Origin: Pseudomonadota bacterium
Lineage (GTDB): Bacteria; Myxococcota; JACRCW01; JAFGSX01
Length of the DNA stretch: 64,000 nucleotides
Assembly: GCA_043821645.1 (NCBI GenBank)
Contig: JBDRCO010000022.1
Location: forward strand, 1,676-65,675
Direction: 5' to 3'
Shown here: positions 40,269 to 50,399 of the stretch, piece after piece
How positions within the stretch are numbered: the stretch's first letter is position 1
How the letters are laid out: each line of letters starts with the position of its first letter
Translations under genes and position numbers: made by a program
Notes under the pieces: model-generated
Seen by the model: the letters and a program-made list of their open reading frames with translations, nothing else
Database searches by the model: none
Told to the model about the DNA's origin: nothing

Positions 40269-40478
40269 GCTGCGAAGCGTCGCGCTCGCTCGCGTCGCCA
40301 GCGCACCGTTCACCGTCCTTTGACGTCGTCATCTCCTCGACCCGGACAGACTGTCCTGGCCTGTGGACCCATGGTATGTTGCCGCCCGGACGCACTCGAC
40401 GCGCCGGGCGGTGGGTTCCGGCGCATGAATCTCTCGACGACGGGGAGCGGGGTCCGTCCCCCGGACAGGAGGTGCCTG

Positions 40479-41348
40479 ATGCGACGCGCATACCCGATGC
40501 TGATTCTCCTGCTTCTTGGCAGCCTGATCGGATGCAAGGACACGGCCGACAGCGCGACCACGACCGTCCAGCCCACCCCCGGGACACCACCCACCGAGCC
40601 CGCGGAACCTGCGTCCGCAGCCGCCAAGGAAGAATTCGGCCTGGTGCGCACGGGGCTCGCCAGCCTCAAGGAGACTCCCGAGGACAAGGGCAAATGGAAG
40701 GCGACCATGATGCGCGGCGAGAAGGTCACCGTGCTCGATCGCGCGCCAGGACATCTCAAGGTTCGCCTCAGCGACGGCACCGAGGGCTTTGTCGACGACA
40801 AGGCCGTGCTGACGGGCGAGGTGCAGGAGGTCCTGGTGCTCGACGACAAGCCGCTGTACCAGCGCCCGGACTCGGCCTCGCTGCGCGATGGAACCGTCAA
40901 GCTCGGCACCTTGCTGTTTATCCTTCGCGACAAGGACGGCTGGCTCGAAGTGCAGCTACCCAAGGGCCGCACTGGCTGGATGCAGTCCGCGGACATCTCC
41001 CGCGATCAGACCGAGCTCGCCGTGGCGCGCAACCTGTTCCGCCACGAGCTGCTGCGGGACGCCAAGCAGAAGGCGCGGCAGGAGCAGGCCGCGCAGATCC
41101 TGGCCGAGACCATCTCGCAGTACCCGCAGTCCAGGGTGCTGCAGGCCAGCGGTCTGGCCCCTGGCGCCGCACCTACCGAGGACAAGCCCGCAGACGCCGA
41201 GCCCAATGCGGACATGCCTGCCGAAGGTGCCGTCGCCGCGGACATCAATGCGGTCGAGCCTGCCGCGGCACCTGTCGCACCCCCTGCCGAACCTGCACCC
41301 GCACCGGCACCGGCCGCCGCTCCTGCCGCTCCCACCGCCAATCCGTAA
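40479..41348 (+). CDS. SH3-domain lipoprotein
   Basis: AGGAGG RBS, LIGC lipobox; VRLSDGTEGFV and WLEVQLPKGRTGWM SH3b-like motifs; P/A-rich tail. Confidence 0.8.
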   Translation: MRRAYPMLILLLLGSLIGCKDTADSATTTVQPTPGTPPTEPAEPASAAAKEEFGLVRTGLASLKETPEDKGKWKATMMRGEKVTVLDRAPGHLKVRLSDGTEGFVDDKAVLTGEVQEVLVLDDKPLYQRPDSASLRDGTVKLGTLLFILRDKDGWLEVQLPKGRTGWMQSADISRDQTELAVARNLFRHELLRDAKQKARQEQAAQILAETISQYPQSRVLQASGLAPGAAPTEDKPADAEPNADMPAEGAVAADINAVEPAAAPVAPPAEPAPAPAPAAAPAAPTANP

Positions 41349-41496
41349 CTGTCCGATTTCCGAACTCTCCCGCCGACGTGCCGACATCCCGCTGGCGTCC
41401 CGGGCCCTGGAGGGCTATGGATCCCTTGCGTTCGCAGGACGCATTCCTACTGCGCTCGGGGGAGTTGCAGCGTCGGTGCGAGGCGGGGAGGGATCC

Positions 41497-42615
41497 ATGT
41501 CTGCCACCGTGCAAGTCGCGGAGTTGCCGATCTCGGATCAGGGTGTGGACACCACGCTCCAGCTCGACGCCGCACTGCTGCTGGCGTCGGCGGATGTGCT
41601 CCTCATCGCAGTCGAGGGCACACGGATTCGCTTCGCCAGCCCGGCGATCCAGCGGGTCTTGGGATACAGGCCCGACGAGCTCCTAGGCCGCGAAGTCACC
41701 GAGTTTCTGACTCCAGGTGACGACGAGCGGGTCGCAAGTCGCGCCCATTCGCGCCAGCATGGAGCCGACGAGCCCAGCCACTATGAGATACAGGCCCACC
41801 ACCGCGACGGCAGCCTGCGGTGGCTGGAGATAAAAGTCACACCACTGTCCCAGGGTGAACATGTGCTGAGCCTGGCGACGGTCCACGACATCACGTACCG
41901 CAAGAGCGCGGAGCTGGAACTCGAGCGTGCCCACACCGAGCTCGATCTGTTCACGGCGCGGATCGCGCATGACCTGCGCACGCCCTTGCACGGGGTCATG
42001 GGATACACACGCCTGCTGCAGCAACATCCTCCCTGCGCCACCGACGAGGAGGCGCGCGACTACCTGTCCAAGATCCTGCAAACCAGTGAGCAGGCCGTGC
42101 GGCTGCTCGATGGACTGCACGAGCTGTCACAGCTGGCACGCAGTGCCATCCAGCGCAGCGAGGTCGACCTGTCCGCCCTGGCCCGCGCCGTTGCGTACGA
42201 GGTGCTGGGCAGCCGTGGCGACCGCAGCATCGATCTGCTGTTCGAGCCCGGCGTGCGCGCGTACTGCGATGCCTCGCTGGTCCGGGTGCTTTTGACCAAC
42301 CTGATCGACAATGCGCTCAAGTACGGCGCAGGCCGCGAACCACTCCGCCTCGAGTTCGGGAGCGCGCTCGACGGCGACGTGCAGACCTTGTACCTGCGCG
42401 ACAACGGCCCGGGCTTCGAGCTCCCCCCCGACGCAGATCTGTTCGCACCCTTCGAGCGCCTTGCGGCGAGCCGCGACACCGAGGGTTTCGGACTGGGCCT
42501 GGCGACGGCCCGGCGCATCGTCGAGCACCACGGTGGGCAGATCTGGGCCGAGAGCACACCAGGCGAGGGCGCCACCTTCTTCTTCACCCTGGGATCGAAC
42601 ACGAGACGTCGCTAG
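41497..42615 (+). CDS. PAS sensor histidine kinase
   Basis: LGYRPDELLG, IAHDLRTPL, NLIDNALKY, DNGPG, GLGLA, GATFFF. Confidence 0.95.
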   Translation: MSATVQVAELPISDQGVDTTLQLDAALLLASADVLLIAVEGTRIRFASPAIQRVLGYRPDELLGREVTEFLTPGDDERVASRAHSRQHGADEPSHYEIQAHHRDGSLRWLEIKVTPLSQGEHVLSLATVHDITYRKSAELELERAHTELDLFTARIAHDLRTPLHGVMGYTRLLQQHPPCATDEEARDYLSKILQTSEQAVRLLDGLHELSQLARSAIQRSEVDLSALARAVAYEVLGSRGDRSIDLLFEPGVRAYCDASLVRVLLTNLIDNALKYGAGREPLRLEFGSALDGDVQTLYLRDNGPGFELPPDADLFAPFERLAASRDTEGFGLGLATARRIVEHHGGQIWAESTPGEGATFFFTLGSNTRRR

Positions 42616-42816
42616 CCGTTCGATTTCCAGACACCGCCCCCATCCTCGACGGCGCAGCGCCCGCCGTCGCGCGAACCTGCCAGCGGGGTCCAGCCGCAAT
42701 CCAGGGCGCCGACGCCGTGAAAAATATCTTCCGAGCAGGGCTTGTTCCGCGGGCGGCCAGGTAACTTTGTGGCTGCTGTTGTGCTAGGTTTTCTTTTTTT
42801 TCGGTGGAGTCGGACC

Positions 42817-44703
42817 ATGCACAGTGCCCATGGCAAATTGCTCGATGTGGATCTCTCCACCGGTCAGCTGACCACCCGGGAGCTGCCCCGGGAACGCTGG
42901 GAGAAGTTCGTGGGCGGGTCGGGCCTGGCCTGCGCCATGCTCCTGGACGAGGCCGATCCCTCGACGGTCGATCCGCTCGGCCCCGACAACACCCTCATCT
43001 TCATGGCCGGCTTGTTCACCGGCACCGGCGTCCCCACCGCCTGCAAGATCAACGTCTGCGCCCGCTCGCCCTTGACCAACGGTTGGGGTGAATCCGCCGG
43101 CTCGGGCGACTTTGGCAAGTGCCTGCGCGCCTCGGGCTTTGATGGCGTGGTCTTCCGGGGACAGTCCGAGCATCCGGTGTATCTGTTGCTGACCGACGAG
43201 CGCCAGGAACTGTGTGCTGCCCAGGACCTGTGGGGACAGGACACCTTCGACACCCATGCCGCGTTGATGGCGCGCCACGGCGACAAGGGCTCGGTGGCGG
43301 CCATCGGCCCGGCCGGCGAGCGCCTGGTGCGCTATGGCGCCATCATGATCGACGGGCCCATCGCCCGCGCCTGCGGCCGCACCGGCATGGGCGCGGTCAT
43401 GGGCTCCAAGCGCCTCAAGGCCATCTACGCGGCGGGCAAGCAGCGCCTCACCATGGCCGACAAGGCCGCGTACAAGGCCGGCGTGGCCACCGACCTGCCC
43501 ACCATGCGGCAGTATGCCAAGGGCCTCACCGACTGGAGCACCGCCGGCGGCGTCGAGGCTGTCGAGTTCTTCGGCGACCTGCCCATCCACAACTGGCGCC
43601 TCGGCTCTTTCAAGGAAGGCGCCAAGAAGATCGCGGCCCAGAGCTACCACCCGAAGTGGCTTCAGGAGCACCACACCTGCGCGGCCTGCTCCATCCGCTG
43701 TGGCAAGATCCTGCGCGTCGAGGGGCAGCCGCTGGATGGCCTGCACGGCCACGGCCCCGAGTACGAGACCACGGCGGGCTTCGGCTCCAACCTCCTCATC
43801 GACGACCCGCTGCCGGTGGTGCACGCCAACGTGCTGTGCAACCGCCTGGGCATAGACACCATGTCGGCAGCGTCCTGCGTGGCCTTTGCCTTCGAGTGCT
43901 TCGAAAAGGGGATCATAGGCAAGAGCGACCTCGACGGTCTGGAGCTGCGCTGGGGCGACGGCGAGGCCATGCTCGAGCTCACCCGACGTATCGCCCTGCG
44001 CGAGGGCGGGTTCCCCACACTGCTCGGCGAGGGTTCGAAGCGAGCTTCGGCCGAGATCGGCCAGGGCAGCGAGGCCTTCACCATCGAGGTCAAGGGCCTC
44101 GAGGTCGCCTTCCACGATCCCCGTGCCCACGTGTCCATGGCGGCCAACTACGCCACCGCTTCGCGCGGCGGCGACCACCTGGACGCGCTGACCTACTTCC
44201 TGGCCCGCGGCGTCCCGGTGGCCGATTTCGGTTTTGACGGCGCGCTCGAGGATTTGAAGAGCACGCCCGAAAAGGGCGACGTCGTCTACCGCATGCAGAA
44301 CTTCCTTGGCCTGCACAACTCGCTGGGCATCTGCAAGTTCCTCTACATCGGCCGCATCGGTCCCTCGGTGCTGGCGCGCTGGGTCAGCCAGGTGGCGGGC
44401 ATTCCCGTGGACATGGCCGGCGTGCTGGAGATGGGCGAGCGGCTGGTGCAGCTCAAGCGGCTGTACAACGTGCGCTGCGGCGTGCGGGCCAGCGACGACC
44501 GCCTGCCCCGGCGCCTGCAGACCGAGCCACGCCCGGATGGCCGCAGCGGCGGCGTGCTGCCCGACACACCACTGATGGTGAACCGTTTGTATGAGCTGCG
44601 CGGCTGGGCGGCCGACGGCATCCCGACCCGCCCCACCGTCGAGCGCTTCGGGCTGCAGGCCTACGACATCGACCGCCAGCGCCTTGTTGGGGGGGCGCCG
44701 TGA
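42817..44703 (+). CDS. aor: Aldehyde ferredoxin oxidoreductase family protein
   Basis: VDLSTG, DPLGPDN, RSPLT, IGPAGE, GRTGMGAVMGSKRLKAI, CAACSIRC, GPEYET, GIDTMS, VKGLE...HDPR. Confidence 0.93.
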   Translation: MHSAHGKLLDVDLSTGQLTTRELPRERWEKFVGGSGLACAMLLDEADPSTVDPLGPDNTLIFMAGLFTGTGVPTACKINVCARSPLTNGWGESAGSGDFGKCLRASGFDGVVFRGQSEHPVYLLLTDERQELCAAQDLWGQDTFDTHAALMARHGDKGSVAAIGPAGERLVRYGAIMIDGPIARACGRTGMGAVMGSKRLKAIYAAGKQRLTMADKAAYKAGVATDLPTMRQYAKGLTDWSTAGGVEAVEFFGDLPIHNWRLGSFKEGAKKIAAQSYHPKWLQEHHTCAACSIRCGKILRVEGQPLDGLHGHGPEYETTAGFGSNLLIDDPLPVVHANVLCNRLGIDTMSAASCVAFAFECFEKGIIGKSDLDGLELRWGDGEAMLELTRRIALREGGFPTLLGEGSKRASAEIGQGSEAFTIEVKGLEVAFHDPRAHVSMAANYATASRGGDHLDALTYFLARGVPVADFGFDGALEDLKSTPEKGDVVYRMQNFLGLHNSLGICKFLYIGRIGPSVLARWVSQVAGIPVDMAGVLEMGERLVQLKRLYNVRCGVRASDDRLPRRLQTEPRPDGRSGGVLPDTPLMVNRLYELRGWAADGIPTRPTVERFGLQAYDIDRQRLVGGAP

Positions 44704-44939
44704 CGGCGGTGGTGACCGTGGTGCTGCACGCCAACCTCAGCCGCTACGCCGACGGGCGCGAGCGCGTCGAGCTGCCCTTTCGCGCTGGCACCAGCGTCGC
44801 CGAGTACGTGCAACAGCTCGGCATCCCGGCCCACGAGTTCTATGCCGTGGTGCGCTGCGGCGCCGTGACCCGCGACCTCGGCGAGGTGCCCGCCGACGGC
44901 GAGGTGGTCGAGCTGCTGCCCGTGATCTCCGGGGGCTGA
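44700..44939 (+). CDS. MoaD/ThiS sulfur-carrier protein
   Basis: 79 aa ending LLPVISGG; GTGA overlap with AOR. Confidence 0.9.
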   Translation: MTAVVTVVLHANLSRYADGRERVELPFRAGTSVAEYVQQLGIPAHEFYAVVRCGAVTRDLGEVPADGEVVELLPVISGG

Positions 44940-45086
44940 CCCCGGGTGCGGCCAGGCCGGCCCTCGGGGTCGCCGCAGGACCTCCGCTGCGGGTCAAAAA
45001 CCACCGCTGCCCGCCACCTTGCCAGCCCGGTCTTGCCGCCCGCGGCCGGCGCGGGCATGCTCCGCGATCCCGACGACGAGGATCGC

Positions 45087-46481
45087 ATGACCGACGCCCC
45101 CACCTCGATGGTTCTGTCCAGTCCGCCGCCCACCGACCTGGTCGAGAAGCACAGGCTGCCGCCGCAGCACCTGGAGGCCGAGCGCTCGGTGCTGGGCGGT
45201 GTGCTGCTCAACAACCTCGCTCTGGACTGGGTCTCCGACATCGTGGCCGAGGAGGACTTTTACAAGGAAGCGCACCGCGTGCTGTACCGCGCCATGCGCC
45301 GGCTGTCGGACCGCAGCGATCCCGTCGACGAGCTGACCCTGGTGCAGGAACTCAAGGCCCACGACGAACTCGACCGCGTCGGCGGCCTGGGCTACGTGGG
45401 AGCCCTGACCCAGGCCGTGCCCACCGCGGCCCACGTCGCCGCCTACGCCAAGATCGTGCGCGACAAGGCAGTGCAGCGCGCCCTCATCAATGCCGCCACC
45501 GACATCGTGCGCCAGGGCTTCCGCGAGGACCTGGAGCTCAGCGAGTACGTCGACAGCTCCGAGCGCTCCATCTTCCAGGCCACCGAGGACAGGCGACGCC
45601 GCGCCATCCTGCCCATCAAGGACGTGCTCAAGACCACCTTCAAGAACATCGAGGAGATCTACAACCGCAAGCAGGACGTCACCGGGGTCTCCACGGGCTT
45701 TGGCAAGCTCGATCACTACACCTCGGGCCTGCAACGCTCCGACCTGGTCATCCTGGCCGCGCGGCCCTCGATGGGCAAGACCGCCCTCGCCCTCAACATC
45801 GGCGGCCACGCTGCCATCCGCGACAAGGTGCCGGTGCTCATCTTCTCGCTGGAGATGAGCGCCGATCAGCTGGTGAGTCGCTTCCTCGGCGCCGAGGCCA
45901 GGGTCAACCTCAGCGACCTGCGCAAGGGCAAGATCAAGGAGAGCGACTGGCCGCGCCTGGCCCAGGCCGCGGGCCGCATCTCCGACGCGCCGCTGTTCAT
46001 CGACGACTCGGGCGTGCTCACGGTGACCGAGATGCGCTCGAAGTGCCGCCGCATCAAGCGCGAGCACGGCCTGGGGCTGGCCATCGTCGACTACCTGCAG
46101 CTCATGCAGGGCGGCCGCAGTGTCGACTCGCGCACCCAGGAGATCTCGGAGATCAGTCGCGGTCTCAAGGCTCTGGCGCGCGAGCTCGACATCCCGGTGA
46201 TGGCCCTGAGCCAGCTCAACCGCTCCCTCGAGTCGCGCACCGACAAGCGGCCCATGCTCAGCGACCTGCGCGAGTCCGGCGCCATCGAGCAGGATGCCGA
46301 CGTCATCATGTTCGTGTACCGCGACGAGTACTACAAGCGCGAGCAGACCCCGCCTGACATGGTGGGCATCGCCGAGATCATCATCGGCAAGCAGCGCAAC
46401 GGCCCCACCGGCTCGTTGTTGTTGAGCTTCCAAAAAGAGCACACGCGCTTCGAGAATCTCGCCGAGGAGCGCAACCCCTAG
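45087..46481 (+). CDS. dnaB: Replicative DNA helicase DnaB
   Basis: PPQHLEAERSVLG, AARPSMGKT, FSLEM, VDYLQL, LSQLNR, RPMLSDLRESGAIEQDAD, KQRNGPTG. Confidence 0.98.
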   Translation: MTDAPTSMVLSSPPPTDLVEKHRLPPQHLEAERSVLGGVLLNNLALDWVSDIVAEEDFYKEAHRVLYRAMRRLSDRSDPVDELTLVQELKAHDELDRVGGLGYVGALTQAVPTAAHVAAYAKIVRDKAVQRALINAATDIVRQGFREDLELSEYVDSSERSIFQATEDRRRRAILPIKDVLKTTFKNIEEIYNRKQDVTGVSTGFGKLDHYTSGLQRSDLVILAARPSMGKTALALNIGGHAAIRDKVPVLIFSLEMSADQLVSRFLGAEARVNLSDLRKGKIKESDWPRLAQAAGRISDAPLFIDDSGVLTVTEMRSKCRRIKREHGLGLAIVDYLQLMQGGRSVDSRTQEISEISRGLKALARELDIPVMALSQLNRSLESRTDKRPMLSDLRESGAIEQDADVIMFVYRDEYYKREQTPPDMVGIAEIIIGKQRNGPTGSLLLSFQKEHTRFENLAEERNP

Positions 46482-46704
46482 CCGGGTTTCCCGCCCTGAC
46501 CTTGGGCGCGCCAAAGATCCCCCCTCTGTCGATAAGGTACGACAGCGGCCTCGGTGCTCGACAGGCCGCGCTTGACGGAGCAATCGGGGATCTATAAACT
46601 CGCGAATTCATAGGGTTATCCTACATTTTCCTACCCTGCCCCACAGGTACCTGGAAGATCGGATAAGACCCCGCAATGGCTTGGACTTGGGCATGAGGTG
46701 GGCA

Positions 46705-48267
46705 ATGAACAAGACACTCTTCGCGGGCCTGGCGAACCTGAGCGCGATCCTGGTACTGGGCCTGACCCCGGGCTGCCCGCAGACCGTGACCAGCTCGACC
46801 TCGTGCAACAACGACCACGACTGCCCGGCGGGCCAGCTCTGCGTCAGCGGCGAGTGCTATGCGGGGCGCAGCGACGGCGGCGTGACCGCGGCCTGCTACA
46901 GCGACAACCAGTGCCAGGCCATCGATCCCTCCCTGATCTGCAACTCGGCGGGTCTGTGCGACTTGCCGTCGACGGGCTCGCCCTGCACGGTCACCGCGGA
47001 CTGCCCCATCGATCAGTTCTGCAACTTCCAAAGCCAGGTCTGCGTGGCGCTGCAGCCAGGCTACTGCCGCGAGGCCTCGCAATGCGGCGCCCAGAAATGC
47101 TCGGCCACGGCCGGCGGTGTGGGGCGCTGTGTCGAGTGCATGACCGGCGCCGACTGCCCGAGCGGACAGTGCCAGGCCAACGGCACCTGCGCCGCGAGCA
47201 GCGCGACCTGCACCCCTCCCTGCCAGACCGGCTACACCTGCAATCTTGGGCAGTGCGTGGCCTCGGCCGGCGACTGCAATCCCCCCTGCCTGGCCACCGA
47301 GCAGTGCGCGCAGGGCGTGTGCTACGGAGAGAACGGCTGTCCGCGCAATGCCCACCCCGTCAACAACCAGTGCGCCTGCGACGACGGCTTCGTGCCCAAC
47401 GCCTCGGGCAATGCCTGCGTGCCAGAGGGCCAGAGCTGCGACCCCAACAGCCAGCTCGCCTGCCAGCAGCAGGGCGGCACCTGGGATGCGGTCAACTGCG
47501 TGTGCATGTCCGGTGGCAGCTGCAACCCGCCCTGCGGACCGGGCACGAGCTGCCAGAACAACGTCTGCGTCGCCGTCGGTGGCGCCTGCACCAGCGCCCT
47601 CGAATGCCTGATGGCTGGTGGTAGCAGCTTCATGACCTGCGACACGGCCACATCGACCTGCGTCTGCGATGCCCTGCAGGGCTTTGTCATGTGCTTCCTG
47701 TTCGACGCCGAGTTCGACGAGAACCTGTGCGATTGCACCTGGGTCGCCGAGGTGGACGCGGGCTCACCCCCGGATGCAGCCCGACCGGATACCACCCGAC
47801 CAGACACGGGCAGCCAGGACGCCGCGACCCAGGATAGCGGCGGCGGTCTCGACGCGGGCACGCCCGACAGTGGCAGCGGAACCGACGCCGGCAGCGATCG
47901 CTGCGCCAGCAACGGTTGGTATGGCGACGGCGAGTGCGACACCTTCTGTCCGCAACCGGATCCGGACTGCCTGGTGGTGGGCGGTACAGGCGCGACCTGC
48001 ACCAACGACAACCAGTGCATCCGGGACTACTCCACCTGTGACACCGATTGGCCTGGAGGGTACTGCTGGAGTTCCTGCGACTATGACTACTATGGCGGCG
48101 AGTGCGGTACCGAGGGCGCCTGCATTTGCCTGAGCTACCGCTGGAGCGGCGCCTGCCGCGATTCAGACTGCTACAGCCGCTGCTCGCCCACCTTGCCCTG
48201 CCGCAGCGGCTACTCCTGCGAGCTGGGGGATGAGTACGACGAGATCTACGTCTGCGTGCCTAACTGA
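46705..48267 (+). CDS. Cys-rich surface lipoprotein A (Dickkopf-like, EGF-like and LNR-like modules)
   Basis: LTPGC lipobox; C..D.DC..G..C....C modules; CPRNAH...CACDDGF; GWYGDGECDTFCPQPDPDC. Confidence 0.85.
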   Translation: MNKTLFAGLANLSAILVLGLTPGCPQTVTSSTSCNNDHDCPAGQLCVSGECYAGRSDGGVTAACYSDNQCQAIDPSLICNSAGLCDLPSTGSPCTVTADCPIDQFCNFQSQVCVALQPGYCREASQCGAQKCSATAGGVGRCVECMTGADCPSGQCQANGTCAASSATCTPPCQTGYTCNLGQCVASAGDCNPPCLATEQCAQGVCYGENGCPRNAHPVNNQCACDDGFVPNASGNACVPEGQSCDPNSQLACQQQGGTWDAVNCVCMSGGSCNPPCGPGTSCQNNVCVAVGGACTSALECLMAGGSSFMTCDTATSTCVCDALQGFVMCFLFDAEFDENLCDCTWVAEVDAGSPPDAARPDTTRPDTGSQDAATQDSGGGLDAGTPDSGSGTDAGSDRCASNGWYGDGECDTFCPQPDPDCLVVGGTGATCTNDNQCIRDYSTCDTDWPGGYCWSSCDYDYYGGECGTEGACICLSYRWSGACRDSDCYSRCSPTLPCRSGYSCELGDEYDEIYVCVPN

Positions 48268-48439
48268 TCCGCGAGATCTGCCCCGGTACGACAGTCTCCC
48301 ACATTTCCCTTCCTTTCTTAAGCACCTGATATCGGTCAAGTTACCGATCCGGGGTCAAATCGACACAACAAATTCGACGCACCTCCGAAGGGTGGCGCTC
48401 GATAACCTATGTATGGACAGTGGGGTGTCGAGGGTTGCC

Positions 48440-50078
48440 ATGAAAAAGACCATCGCAACAGGCATCGCGGCGCTGGCTCTGATCCTGACCGCCTGCACCA
48501 CCACCGCCGTGTCCGGCAACTTCTGCAGCACCGACGGCGATTGCGTCGACGGCCAGCTCTGCGTCAACGGCGAGTGCTTCGACTCCCGCAACGAGACCGA
48601 CCAGACCCCGTGCACCAGCGATGGCGACTGCTCCAGCGGCACGGTCTGCGCCGCCACAGGCTTCTGCGAAGCCCTGGGCTCGGGCACCTCGTGCACGGTG
48701 ACCGCGGACTGCCCCGTCACCCAGTACTGCAACATCAGCATCCAGTCCCCGATCTGCACCCCCCTGCAGCCCGGCGCGTGCCGCGAGGCCAGCCAGTGCG
48801 CCGGCCTGATGTGCACCGCCACGGCGGGCGGCGTGGGTCGCTGCGTCGAGTGTCTGCGCGGCGCGGATTGCTCCTCCGGCACCTGCAACCCGGACGGCAC
48901 CTGTGGCACGGGATCGGGGGGCGTGGACGCAGGTGTGACCGACAGCGGTGGTCTCGATAGCAGCGGTTTCGACAGCACCCTGCCCGACAGCGGCGGCTGT
49001 TACCCGGCGTGCAACAGCGCGGCCGGCGAAAGCTGCGTGGCGGGAGTGTGCTACGGCGCCAACGGCTGCCCGCTCAACGCGCACCCCGACGGCGCGGGCT
49101 GCGTCTGCGACACGGGCTTCGCGCCCAACGCCTCGGGCACCGCCTGCGTGGCGTCGAGCGGCGGGTCTGATGCTGGCACCACCTTGGACAGCGGCGGCGG
49201 CACCGGCGACTGCACCCCGGCCTGCTACTCCGGCGAGACCTGCTACATGGGCACCTGCTACAACGCCGAAGGATGTCCTCGCAACTCGCACGCCGACGGC
49301 CAGTACTGCACCTGCGACGATGGCTACGTGCCCAATGCCGCAGGCACCGGCTGCGAGATCGCGGGCGCGGGGTTCCTGCCCGCCGAACGCGCACCCCGAG
49401 AACGGCGGTTGCGCCTGCGACGCGGGCTACCAGCCCAACGCCGCGGGCACGGCCTGCGAACCCATTGGCGGAGGCTACGACGCGGGCGTGCCGGACAGCG
49501 GCGGCGGCGACTTCTGCGAGCAGTACGGGCTGTACAACAACGGCACCTGCGACGACTACTGCCCGAGCCCGGATCCAGACTGCGGCAGTGGCGGTGGAAC
49601 GGGCAGCTGCCCGGCCAACGCCCACCCCGAGTCCGACGGCTACTGCTACTGCGACGCGGGCTACACCCCGGACCCCGGCGGCACCTACTGCGTGCCCGAG
49701 AGCGGCGGCGGTGGCAGTGATCCCTGCGCAGACTACGGCTACTACGGCGATGGCGAGTGCGACACCTTCTGCGCCAACCCCGACCCGGACTGCGGCGGTG
49801 GCAGCGGCGACTTCTGCTATGACTACGGCTGGTATGGCGATGGCATCTGCGACACCCAGTGCCCGCAACCCGATCCGGACTGCGGCGGCGGCAGCAGCGG
49901 CGACTACTGCGCAGACTGGGGATGGTACAACGATGGCTACTGCGACGACTGCCCGTCACCGGATCCAGACTGCAGCGGTGGCGGCGGTGGTGGCGGCTAC
50001 AACTACTGCGAGAGCGACTGGGACTGCTGGTCCGGCTACTACTGCGACTGGTGGTCGAGCACCTGCGAGCCGTACTAG
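48440..50078 (+). pseudogene. Cys-rich surface lipoprotein B, paralog of A, with a 1-nt frameshift near 49369-49374
   Basis: LTAC lipobox; Cys repeats switch frame at GCG-GGG-T-TCC-TGC; removing one base gives one 545-aa ORF. Confidence 0.75.
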
Positions 50079-50308
50079 TTTGAAGGGGCCGTCGGGCGCC
50101 CTGCCTCTCCTGAGGGTCTGTCGGGCAGACCCTCCCCCGTCGAAGTGAATTCGACGGGGCCCCCACCCAACCAGCACTGTCAGGGACACCTCGCTTCGCT
50201 GACGCGTGCTCGGTGACGTCCAAAGATGGGGTGTCCAGCTCGTGGACGGTTGTGCGGCCTGCGCAGGGAGGCGAGCGGCACGATGACAACGAACCCTGCG
50301 CTCGACGC

Positions 50309-50336
50309 TTGTGATCGCCACCTTCGCGGCTAGAAT
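50309..50336 (+). promoter_or_regulatory. Putative sigma70 promoter
   Basis: TTGTGA-N16-TAGAAT, followed by hairpin GTTCCCG-AAAA-CGGGAAC (50343-50360). Confidence 0.55.
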
Positions 50337-50399
50337 GCGCCGGTTCCCGAAAACGGGAACTGCGAGTCGATGTGCGTTTTCTATATCCCGGAGGCTCAC

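Noticed and set aside
40888-41496. N-terminal extension of the histidine kinase ORF
   Set aside because: Overlaps the SH3 lipoprotein; a good RBS precedes ATG 41497.
46526-46672. Short inverted repeats upstream of lipoprotein A (CTGTCG/CGACAG, TTATCC/GGATAA) and a GGTACGACAG shared with the B upstream region
   Set aside because: Too short to separate from chance, and no riboswitch consensus could be matched.
47900-49860. YG motifs in lipoproteins A/B as splicease targets of the rSAM
   Set aside because: They are more than 36 kb from the enzyme and fit the LNR-like consensus; the adjacent candidate substrate has only one YG.
49500-50000. Recurring CCGGATCCAGACTGC/CCGGACTGCGGCGG DNA repeats as a possible CRISPR array
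   Set aside because: They are in-frame protein repeats (PDPDC) with synonymous variation, and no cas genes are present.
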